60,885 nt of DNA from an uncultured Eubacterium sp. (lineage in GTDB: Bacteria > Bacillota > Clostridia > Lachnospirales > CAG-274). Location: contig UQRG01000001.1 of the NCBI GenBank assembly GCA_900543365.1, positions 1-60,885 of the forward strand, read 5' to 3'. Position numbers and translations under genes: made by a program. Below are positions 26,651 to 35,456 of this stretch, piece by piece. The notes under the pieces are model-generated. The model did no database searches. It was not told the DNA's origin and was given only the letters and a program-made list of their open reading frames with translations. Each line of letters begins with the position of its first letter. The stretch's first letter is position 1.

Positions 26651-29600
26651 TTATTTCTTTTCAACAGAAAGAACAACCTTTTCGCCATTAATATTCCATT
26701 CTTTACTAATATCAGAAGTACCCTCACAAATATCATCTGCAAGTACATCAGTAGCAATAGAATCCTTATTATCAGCAAAAACCTTAGCTATAGTATCATT
26801 GCCACTATAGTAAACCTTAATTCTATCAAGAACTTCAAATCCTGAATCTTTTCTCATTGTTTGAATTTTAGATACAAGTTCTCTTACAAAACCTTCCTCA
26901 ATAAGTTCAGGAGTAAGAGTTGTGCTTAATACAACAGTAGTTGTCTTATCACTTTCAGCAACAAATCCATCAGCCTGTGCAGTTTCTGTTAATACATCTT
27001 CCTCACCAAGTTCAACATCAGTACCATCAATATTAAACTTAATAACACCATTAGCCTTTAACTCGTTCATAAGTGCATTACCATCGCCATTCTTAAGGTA
27101 TTCACCAATAGCAGGAACAAGTTTACCATACTTTCTACCTAAAGTTCTAAGTTGTGGCTTAAAGCTATAGCTTGTAAACTTAGACGCATCATCAACAAAT
27201 TCCATATTCTTAACATTAAGCTCATCAAGAATAATATCAAAGTATTCTGCATCAAGTTTTCTGTCAGATTGAACATACATATTGCCAATAGGCTGTCTAT
27301 TCTTAATACCTGAAGTATTTCTAGCAGCTCTACCAGCAACTACAATAGAAAGTACAAGTTCCATATTAACTTCAAGCTTGTCATCAATCATATCATCATT
27401 AGCAACTGGGAAGTTACATAAATGAACAGATTTTGGAGCATTTTTATCTACATTTACAACAAGATTTTGATAAATACTTTCAGCCATAAATGGTGTAAAT
27501 GGAGCTGATAATTTAGCCATAGTAGTAAGAACAGTGTATAATGTCATATAAGCATTAACTTTATCCTGTGGCATATCCTTGCCCCAGAATCTTTCTCTTG
27601 ATCTTCTTACATACCAGTTAGAAAGCTCATCTACAAAATCAGCCATAGCTCTTGCTGATTCAGTAATCTTGTAATTTTCAAGTGACTTATCAACAAACTT
27701 AACAAGTGAGTTAAGTTTAGATAAAATCCACTTATCCATAGGAGCAAGTTTGTTATACTCAAGCTTATAATCCATTGGATTAAAGTTATCAATATTAGCA
27801 TAAAGTACATAGAAAGCATAAGTATTCCAAAGAGTACCCATAAACTTTCTCTGATACTCATTAACAGCCTTGTCATCAAATCTATTTGGTAACCAAGGAG
27901 CAGAGTTAGCATAGAAATACCATCTAACAGCATCAGCACCCTGATTATCAAGTACAGTCCAAGGGTCAACAACATTACCTAAATGCTTAGACATCTTTCT
28001 TCCGTCCTTATCCTGAACGTGACCTAAAACAATAACATTCTTATATGGACTCTTGTCAAAAATAAGAGTTGAAATAGCCATTAAAGTATAGAACCAACCT
28101 CTTGTCTGGTCAATAGCCTCTGAAATAAAGTCAGCAGGATAATTCTCATCAAAAATTTCCTTGTTTTCAAATGGATAATGCCACTGTGCAAAAGGCATTG
28201 AACCAGAGTCAAACCAACAGTCAATAACTTCTGATACTCTATGCATCTTGCCACCACACTTAGGACAATTAAGCTCAACAGCATCAATATAAGGTTTGTG
28301 TAACTCAATATTATCCGGACAATTATCACTCATTTCCTTTAATTCAGCAATAGAACCAATAGTGTGCTTGTAGCCACAATCACATTCCCAAATAGGAAGA
28401 GGAGTACCCCAATATCTTTCTCTTGAAAGACCCCAGTCAATAACATTTTCAAGGAAATTACCAAATCTACCAGTCTTAATATTTTCTGGCATCCAATTAA
28501 CAGTATTATTATTCTTTAAAAGCTGCTCTCTTACCTTAGTCATAGCAATAAACCAAGTATCTCTTGCATAGTAAAGTAAAGGAGTATCACATCTCCAACA
28601 GAATGGATAGTCGTGTTCAAAAGGAATAGCTGCAAATAACTTTCCACTTTCTTCTAATCTCTTTAAGATTTCCTTGTCACCATCTTTAACAAATACACCA
28701 GCAAGTCCTTCTACTTCTTCAGTAAAACAGCCCTGGTCATTAACAAGCTGTACAAATGGAAGGTCATAATTTCTACCAACCTTAGCATCGTCCTCACCAA
28801 AAGCAGGTGCAATGTGTACAATACCAGTACCATCTGTTAATGTAACATAACTATCAGCAGTTACAAAATAACACTTTTTATCTGGTTTAGCATAGTTAAA
28901 TAAAGGCTCATATTCCTTACCAACTAAATCCTGACCTTTGTATGTTTGAACAACTTCATAACCGTCCTTTAAAATTTCATCAAGGAGAGCCTCTGCCATA
29001 ATATAAATCCTGCCATCATTAGCCTTAACCTTAGTATAATTTTCTGCACCATTTACACAAAGGGCAACATTAGAAGGAAGTGTCCAAGGAGTAGTTGTCC
29101 AAGCAAGGAAATAAGTATTATCCTCATCTTTAACCTTGAAACGGCAAATACAAGATGTTTCCTTAACATTTTTGTAACCCTGTGCAACTTCGTGAGATGA
29201 TAAAGCAGTACCACATCTTGGGCAATAAGGAACAATTTTATGACCCTTATACAAAAGACCCTTGTCCCAAATCTGCTTTAATGCCCACCAAACAGACTCA
29301 ATATAATCATTGTGATAAGTTACATAAGGATTATCCATATCAGCCCAGTAACCAACTCTGTCACTCATATTTCTCCAAAGGCTTTCATAAGTAAATACAG
29401 AATCCTTACACTTCTTAATAAATGGTTCAACACCGTAATCCTCAATCTGTGGCTTACCACTAATACCTAACTGCTTTTCAACTTCAAGTTCAACAGGAAG
29501 ACCGTGAGTATCCCAACCAGCCTTTCTTAAAACCTTGTAACCCTTCATTGTCTTATATCTAGGAATTAAATCCTTAATAACTCTTGTTAAAATATGACCA

Positions 29601-29767
29601 ATATGAGGCTTACCATTAGCAGTAGGAGGTCCATCATAAAATGTAAATACTGGACAGTTTTCTCTTGCTTTAATAGACTCACCAAAAATGTCATTTTCTT
29701 TCCAGAAGCCTAAAATTTCTTTTTCTCTCTCAACAAAGTTGAGATTGGTACTTACCTTGTCATACAT
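26651..29767 (-). CDS. ileS: Isoleucyl-tRNA synthetase (long, type-2 length class, 1038 aa)
   Basis: HIGH 'GKPHIGHILTR', KMSKS 'KMSKHLGN', a CP1 editing domain, and a long C-terminal extension. Confidence 0.96.
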   Translation of the reverse strand: MYDKVSTNLNFVEREKEILGFWKENDIFGESIKARENCPVFTFYDGPPTANGKPHIGHILTRVIKDLIPRYKTMKGYKVLRKAGWDTHGLPVELEVEKQLGISGKPQIEDYGVEPFIKKCKDSVFTYESLWRNMSDRVGYWADMDNPYVTYHNDYIESVWWALKQIWDKGLLYKGHKIVPYCPRCGTALSSHEVAQGYKNVKETSCICRFKVKDEDNTYFLAWTTTPWTLPSNVALCVNGAENYTKVKANDGRIYIMAEALLDEILKDGYEVVQTYKGQDLVGKEYEPLFNYAKPDKKCYFVTADSYVTLTDGTGIVHIAPAFGEDDAKVGRNYDLPFVQLVNDQGCFTEEVEGLAGVFVKDGDKEILKRLEESGKLFAAIPFEHDYPFCWRCDTPLLYYARDTWFIAMTKVREQLLKNNNTVNWMPENIKTGRFGNFLENVIDWGLSRERYWGTPLPIWECDCGYKHTIGSIAELKEMSDNCPDNIELHKPYIDAVELNCPKCGGKMHRVSEVIDCWFDSGSMPFAQWHYPFENKEIFDENYPADFISEAIDQTRGWFYTLMAISTLIFDKSPYKNVIVLGHVQDKDGRKMSKHLGNVVDPWTVLDNQGADAVRWYFYANSAPWLPNRFDDKAVNEYQRKFMGTLWNTYAFYVLYANIDNFNPMDYKLEYNKLAPMDKWILSKLNSLVKFVDKSLENYKITESARAMADFVDELSNWYVRRSRERFWGKDMPQDKVNAYMTLYTVLTTMAKLSAPFTPFMAESIYQNLVVNVDKNAPKSVHLCNFPVANDDMIDDKLEVNMELVLSIVVAGRAARNTSGIKNRQPIGNMYVQSDRKLDAEYFDIILDELNVKNMEFVDDASKFTSYSFKPQLRTLGRKYGKLVPAIGEYLKNGDGNALMNELKANGVIKFNIDGTDVELGEEDVLTETAQADGFVAESDKTTTVVLSTTLTPELIEEGFVRELVSKIQTMRKDSGFEVLDRIKVYYSGNDTIAKVFADNKDSIATDVLADDICEGTSDISKEWNINGEKVVLSVEKK

Positions 29768-29810
29768 AGGTAATTTTCTCCTTTCAAATATTGTTGATAC
29801 TATTTAATAC

Positions 29811-30062
29811 AAAATAAAAAGCTGCCGAGTCCAACAGGACGCAGCAGCGTGGTACCACCTGAATTGACATAAAAATATTATGTCCTCTCTAAAACCATTA
29901 ACGCAGGTTAACCGTCATAGCCTACTAAGTATAAAACCTTTTGGTATGCCACAGTATGGGTGATATTCAGAATATACATTAACATCGGGCTTTCACCTAA
30001 CCCCGACTCTCTTTAGTATTAGTATATCTTACTGTCCCAACTATAGTGTTTATCAAAATAAT
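29811..30062 (-). promoter_or_regulatory. T-box leader (Ile) with intrinsic terminator
   Basis: On the minus strand: GA/K-turn 'AAAGAGAG', distal 'GGTGAAAG', specifier-loop candidate 'GAATATCACCC' with AUC at 29964-29962, T-box 'AATTCAGGTGGTACCACG' (29866-29848), and terminator GCTGCTGCGTCC...GGACTCGGCAGC + TTTTTATTTT (29848-29811). Confidence 0.88.
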
Positions 30063-30069
30063 CTATTTC

Positions 30070-30098
30070 ATTATAATATGTTTTTTATAATTTGTAAA
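30070..30098 (-). promoter_or_regulatory. Sigma-A promoter of the ileS T-box leader
   Basis: Minus strand TTTACA (30098-30093), 17 nt, TATAAT (30075-30070). Confidence 0.65.
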
Positions 30099-30140
30099 GC
30101 ATTAATTAAAAAATTTTTAAATATTTTTCCAATTATAAAA

Positions 30141-30548
30141 TTATAAATTTTTCTTTATTTCTTCACCAATCTGAGCAATCTTTTGAGCATCAGCATTAAT
30201 TTCACCAAACTTAATGTCAACAGTATCACCCTTATGTCTTGGTATAATGTGAATATGGAAATGGAAAACAGTCTGACCTGCTACCTCACCATTGTTCTGA
30301 AGAATATTAATTCCATCACAATTAGTTACCTTGTCTACAGCTTTTGCAACCTTTTTAGCTACAGCAAAAGCCTTAGCTGTTAAATCCTCTGGCATTTCTA
30401 AAATATTAGCATAATGGTGCTTGCAAATAACAAGACTATGACCAAGGTTCGCCGGATTAATATCAAGTATTACTTTAAAATCATTATCTTCATATATTGT
30501 AGTTGATGGTATTTCTCCATTAGCAATTTTACAAAAAATACAATCCAT
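30141..30548 (-). CDS. HIT-family (histidine triad) nucleotide hydrolase
   Basis: 'CIFCKI', and the triad 'HFHIHIIP'. Confidence 0.92.
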   Translation of the reverse strand: MDCIFCKIANGEIPSTTIYEDNDFKVILDINPANLGHSLVICKHHYANILEMPEDLTAKAFAVAKKVAKAVDKVTNCDGINILQNNGEVAGQTVFHFHIHIIPRHKGDTVDIKFGEINADAQKIAQIGEEIKKNL

Positions 30549-30645
30549 ATTAAAAGCCTCCTTATTATTTTTAATCTATTAGTCCTTTGTTTTAATAAAA
30601 CCCTTTACTACATTTATGCTTTTCACAACAAAACTATAAAAGGAT

Positions 30646-31023
30646 TTATTTCCTTATTCCTTCATTAGTAAATGTCCTTTTTAAGGCTCGTTCTGTATTA
30701 AAACCAGTAATTATTAAAATTATACATTGTATAACACACAAAATAATACTGACTACTCCAATACTAGTTTCTGAACTATTATAAATTAGAAAATGAACTA
30801 ATATAGATGGTATTAACATAATCCAACCAACTTTCCACCATAGTCGTCCACAATAATCCTGTGAAAACCTCCAAGTATCCATATTTTTCATAGATAAAGT
30901 TGTTCGATAGCCTTTTATTCCATTAATTTTTTTAGTTGGATATTTCCACATTATTCGTCCAAAACTTATCATTAGTATTGGTATAAACAAATCCCAAACA
31001 AACATAAATAACCAAAACCACAT
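30646..31023 (-). CDS. SdpI/YhfL-family small membrane protein
   Basis: 125 aa, 4 TM. 'GYRTTLSMKNMDTWRFSQDYCGRLWWKVG' resembles the SdpI-family core (G-x-R-T...W..a....g). AGGGAGG RBS. Confidence 0.55.
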   Translation of the reverse strand: MWFWLFMFVWDLFIPILMISFGRIMWKYPTKKINGIKGYRTTLSMKNMDTWRFSQDYCGRLWWKVGWIMLIPSILVHFLIYNSSETSIGVVSIILCVIQCIILIITGFNTERALKRTFTNEGIRK

Positions 31024-31163
31024 AAAACAACTACCTCCCTAAATCCATTATATTATACAAAATAATTAGAAACAACTGTATTGATTTTGAATATTGTGCA
31101 GTTGTATTTATGACTATTTATATTGTCCAAGTGCAATTAACAATTCCTATTTTTCATTATATA

Positions 31164-33050
31164 TTAAGCTACATTTTCATCTTCAAAAAATCTCTTGTGC
31201 CAAATAAGGAACATATAAACAGTCCAAATCTTACGGCTATAATCTCCCTTTCCAGCTCTATGGTTATCAAGATACTGAACAATTTTGTCAGTATTGAAAT
31301 ACTTTTCAGCTGCAGGAGAAGTAAATGCTTCCTTAATAATGTTATAATACTTATCTTCTTTAAGCCATACTCTTATAGGCACTGGAAATCCAAGTTTTTT
31401 CTTAGTTGCAGTTGCCTCTGGCAAATATTTTTTACTAGCCATTCTAAAAGCATATTTTGTAGCTCGTCTATTTACTCTGTAATCTGTAGGTAACTTTCTA
31501 GCTACATTAAAGACTTCCTTATCAAGAAAAGGAACTCTAACCTCAAGGGAGTTAGCCATACTCATTTTGTCAGCTTTAAGAAGAATATCGCCAACCATCC
31601 ACAAATTTAGGTCAATAAACTGCATTTTAGTTACATCATCAAGACCATTGCAAAAATCATAGTAAGGCTTAGTAATTTCAGTGTGGTCATACTTACCAGT
31701 CGGATTTTTAAGTATAGCCTCTCTTTCCTTTTTAGAGAACATCTGATTACCATTACCATAAAATCTTTCTTCTACATCAAGAGCAGCTCGCCTAAAATAA
31801 TTTTTACCCTTAAACTTAAATGGAATTGCACCTGCAATTTTAGCAATAGCCTTTCTAACTGGCTTAGGGAATATTCTCATAGGAGCAAGTGCCATTGGTT
31901 CTTCATAAATATTGTAACCACCAAAGAACTCATCAGCACCTTCACCAGAAAGAGCAACTTTTACCTTAGTTCTAGCAAGTTTACTAACAAAGTAAAGAGC
32001 AACAGCACTTGGGTCAGCTAAAGGCTCGTCCATATGATACTGAACCTTAGGCAAACTTTCCCAATATTCATCAGTTGATATAATCTTAGAATTACTTTCA
32101 ATACCCACATACTTAGAAAGTTCCTGTGCATAGCCTATTTCATTATACTTTTCATAATCAAAACCAACTGTAAATGTTTTTCCACTTGCCTTATCCATAC
32201 CATTTCTAAATGTTGCAGCAACAAAACTAGAATCAACACCACTAGAAAGGAAAGAACCAACCTCAACATCACTGACAACAGTGTGCATACTTACAGAATC
32301 AAGAAGTACATCTTCTACACTTTGAATGGCATCTTGAAGTTTAGTTCCGTTCTTAGGGTCAGCTACTATATCCTTTTCTGGTTCAAACTTTGGCTGCCAA
32401 TATCTCTTAACATCAAGTTTGCCATTTTCATAAGTAAGATAATGGGCAGGCTTTAACTTATAAACACCTTTGAAAAATGTTTCATCAAGTACAGAATACT
32501 GGAATGTAAGATAATTTTCAAGAGCCAATGTATTAACTTCTTTCTTAAACTTAGGATAAGAAAGGAAACTCTTTATTTCTGAACCAAATAAAAGCTCACC
32601 ATCAACTTGAGCATAATAATAAGGCTTAATACCAAAGAAATCTCTAGCAGCAAAAAGTTTCTTTTTATTCATATCATAAATAGTAAAAGCAAACATACCT
32701 CTTAAATCATTAAGCATATCTTCGCCCTTTTCTTCATAAAGGTGAACAAGAACTTCTGTATCTGCGTGAGTATAAAAACTGTGACCTTTTTTAATTAAAT
32801 CTTCCTTTAATGACTGATAATTATAAATTTCACCATTAAATACAATAACAACAGTTTTGTCCTCATTATAAATAGGCTGTGAACCATCTTCCAGACCAAT
32901 TATACTAAGTCTTCTAAAACCAAAAGTAACTTCTTCATCAGTATGAACACCACCACTATCTGGACCTCTATGTATAATTCTGTCCATCATAGCATTGATG
33001 ACTTCTTCTCTATTATCAAGGTTTCCTGTAAAACCACAAAAACCGCACAT
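31164..33050 (-). CDS. asnB: Asparagine synthase (glutamine-hydrolysing)
   Basis: Ntn start 'MCGFCGF' (the start is moved to the ATG giving Cys2), and PP-loop 'FLSSGVDSSFVA'. Confidence 0.93.
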   Translation of the reverse strand: MCGFCGFTGNLDNREEVINAMMDRIIHRGPDSGGVHTDEEVTFGFRRLSIIGLEDGSQPIYNEDKTVVIVFNGEIYNYQSLKEDLIKKGHSFYTHADTEVLVHLYEEKGEDMLNDLRGMFAFTIYDMNKKKLFAARDFFGIKPYYYAQVDGELLFGSEIKSFLSYPKFKKEVNTLALENYLTFQYSVLDETFFKGVYKLKPAHYLTYENGKLDVKRYWQPKFEPEKDIVADPKNGTKLQDAIQSVEDVLLDSVSMHTVVSDVEVGSFLSSGVDSSFVAATFRNGMDKASGKTFTVGFDYEKYNEIGYAQELSKYVGIESNSKIISTDEYWESLPKVQYHMDEPLADPSAVALYFVSKLARTKVKVALSGEGADEFFGGYNIYEEPMALAPMRIFPKPVRKAIAKIAGAIPFKFKGKNYFRRAALDVEERFYGNGNQMFSKKEREAILKNPTGKYDHTEITKPYYDFCNGLDDVTKMQFIDLNLWMVGDILLKADKMSMANSLEVRVPFLDKEVFNVARKLPTDYRVNRRATKYAFRMASKKYLPEATATKKKLGFPVPIRVWLKEDKYYNIIKEAFTSPAAEKYFNTDKIVQYLDNHRAGKGDYSRKIWTVYMFLIWHKRFFEDENVA

Positions 33051-33173
33051 ATTTTTCGCCTCCAAATATAGGAAAACTCAGTGTTTCCATAATTAAGTAT
33101 AGTATACTATAATAAATCAAAATATTCAAGATTATGATATAAAATAATTAAAATGTCAAAAAAACAATTTAAT

Positions 33174-34148
33174 TTACACTTTATAAAGTTCATCACTTGT
33201 TGGCTCATTTAGTACAGTTCTTTCACCATTACTAATAAACCACTTGCCTTTTTCAACTATTTTACCAATAGTACTTGCAACTATTCCCTCTTTTTCAAGT
33301 GCCGACATCATTTTATCGCCATTACTACATACAATAAGCATTGAACCACTAGATATAAGCCTTAAATAATTTACACCTAATTTGTTACAAATTATTTTTG
33401 TTTCTTCAAGTACAGGTATTTTATCCTCATAAACCTCAATACCTAGACCTGAACAATCGGCAATTTCCCAACAAGCACCAAGTATACCACCTTCTGTCAC
33501 ATCGTGCATAGCATTAGCACCAAGCTTAGCCCCTATTCTACCCTCTGCTATTACAGAAAGACTATTACCCAGTTTTTTAGCCTTTTCAATTACACTATTG
33601 TCAATGCCTTGTAGTTTATCAATTTTGTCTGATGCAAATATTGCAGTACCTTCCATAGCTGCATATTTAGTCATTATTACGCTATCACCAATTTTTGCTC
33701 CTCCAGATGGTATAAGTTTTTTTGTTTTGCCAACCACAGTACAACTTAATACAGGTTTAACAACTGCATCTGTTATTTCAGTATGACCACCTAAAATTGC
33801 CACATTTACATTTTTAGCCTCTTTATAAAGGTCAGTAATAATATGAGATATTTCATCTTCAGTAATACTTGCTGGCAAAAGAGCAGTAACCATCAGACCA
33901 ATAGGTTCACCACCACTTGATGCAATATCATTAGTATTAATATTAACAGCAAGTTTACCAATATCAGCTACAGCACCAGTAATAGGGTCAGTAGACAAAA
34001 GGCAAATATTTTCTCCTAAATCAAGAGCAGCACAATCTTCACCTATTGACGGTTTAAGAAGTACCTCTTTCCTATTAATATTGTGATTATTAATAGGGTC
34101 AATAACAATTTTTTCAAGCATACTATTTGGAAGTTTTCCTATGTTCAT
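33174..34148 (-). CDS. AIR-synthase-related (PurM/ThiL/HypE/SelD superfamily) protein of unknown function
   Basis: 'GEDCAALDL...LSTDPITG', 'NDIASSGGEP', 'GGHTE'. It has no HypE-type C-terminal Cys motif. Its ATG overlaps the stop of the upstream gene (ATGA 34148-34145). Confidence 0.75.
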   Translation of the reverse strand: MNIGKLPNSMLEKIVIDPINNHNINRKEVLLKPSIGEDCAALDLGENICLLSTDPITGAVADIGKLAVNINTNDIASSGGEPIGLMVTALLPASITEDEISHIITDLYKEAKNVNVAILGGHTEITDAVVKPVLSCTVVGKTKKLIPSGGAKIGDSVIMTKYAAMEGTAIFASDKIDKLQGIDNSVIEKAKKLGNSLSVIAEGRIGAKLGANAMHDVTEGGILGACWEIADCSGLGIEVYEDKIPVLEETKIICNKLGVNYLRLISSGSMLIVCSNGDKMMSALEKEGIVASTIGKIVEKGKWFISNGERTVLNEPTSDELYKV

Positions 34149-35182
34149 ATTATTATCCTCCTTCCTACATCTATATATCCATATTTACTTAAACCTAAAA
34201 GTTTTGAAGGGTTTTCAGAAGCCATTTTTATAGCAGATTCTAATCCTACAATTTTAGTCATATTCTCAACAGCCTTATTCATTGTTAGTATACTTCCGGC
34301 AAGTCTGCCTGTATTATCTCTTACAGAATTTTCATTAACAACCACATTTGTACCGCAAAAAACATAGGCACCTATTTCACATCCCATAGCCTCCATAGCA
34401 TCTGTAATAAGTATGATTTTATCCTCTTTTAACTTAGTAATAAGTTCAATACATTCTTTATCTATATGAACAAAATCACATATAACTTCAACAAAGTTGT
34501 TATCAATAATACCAGCTCCAGCAACCCCCATATTTCTATGATTAACTGGTGACATAGCATTAAACAAATGAGTATAGGAAGATGCTCCATTATTAATAAG
34601 TTCTTTACACTCACTAACACTTGCACCACTATGACCTATTGAAATAAAATCTCCATTATCAGTAACATACTTACAAAATTCATAGGCACCTTCACATTCT
34701 GGAGCAATGGTAAATCTAATTTTTAAATCCCCCATTATATTTTTTAAATCTTCATATAATTTAATGTTGCAAGGTGTAATATAACTTTCCTCCATAATCC
34801 CCTTGTATTCTTTACTTATAAAAGGACCTTCAATATGTATACCCAATATTTCAGCATAGTTATTATTTTTAGAGGCATACTTTATTTCTTTAGCAGAAGC
34901 TAAAATTTTAGAATATGACTTAGCAACAGTCGTTGGCATATAAGCACCAACATTATTTTCATAAAGTTTCTTACTTAAATAAATAATTTCACTACTTGAT
35001 GAGTTCATAATATCAACACCATATCCACCGTGAATATGAATATCAACAAAAGGTGGTACCAAAGGCTTACCTATTCCCTCACCCTTTGGTACAATGCTAG
35101 TCACAAAGCCATTTTCAACATCAACATCACCTAATATTAAGTTATAATTTTTATCAATAAATGTTATGTCCCTATAAATCAT
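34145..35182 (-). CDS. NagA-like amidohydrolase (N-acetylglucosamine-6-phosphate deacetylase family, short form)
   Basis: 'FVDIHIHGGYGVD', 'GIHIEGPFIS', 'IGHSGAS', 'YTHLFNAMS', 'ITDAMEAMG'. The track start 35197 is TTG. ATG 35182 follows GAGG by 6 nt. Confidence 0.8.
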   Translation of the reverse strand: MIYRDITFIDKNYNLILGDVDVENGFVTSIVPKGEGIGKPLVPPFVDIHIHGGYGVDIMNSSSSEIIYLSKKLYENNVGAYMPTTVAKSYSKILASAKEIKYASKNNNYAEILGIHIEGPFISKEYKGIMEESYITPCNIKLYEDLKNIMGDLKIRFTIAPECEGAYEFCKYVTDNGDFISIGHSGASVSECKELINNGASSYTHLFNAMSPVNHRNMGVAGAGIIDNNFVEVICDFVHIDKECIELITKLKEDKIILITDAMEAMGCEIGAYVFCGTNVVVNENSVRDNTGRLAGSILTMNKAVENMTKIVGLESAIKMASENPSKLLGLSKYGYIDVGRRIII

Positions 35183-35299
35183 AAAAACCTCTGTCAACTA
35201 TTATATAATGTTTAATTTTATCACAAAAACAAAGTTTTATAAAGATAAAATATATAATAGAATAAATTTAATATTTAAAATAAATTTTATGAATTATGC

Positions 35300-35355
35300 A
35301 AAAAGAAGCTGTTACAAATTAACAATTAATGTTAATCTACAAACAGCTCCTTTTT
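35300..35355 (-). terminator. Long hairpin terminator after lon
   Basis: GAAGCTGTT...AACAGCTCC outer stem plus an ATTAACA/TGTTAAT inner stem, flanked by an A5 run and a T5 run. Confidence 0.6.
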
Positions 35356-35456
35356 AATTTAATTAATATATTGCACATTTAAACAACTTTAATAAATTGC
35401 TTATAGGCATACTAGCATTACTGTGTCAAATAATATCACAAATACACTACTTTATA

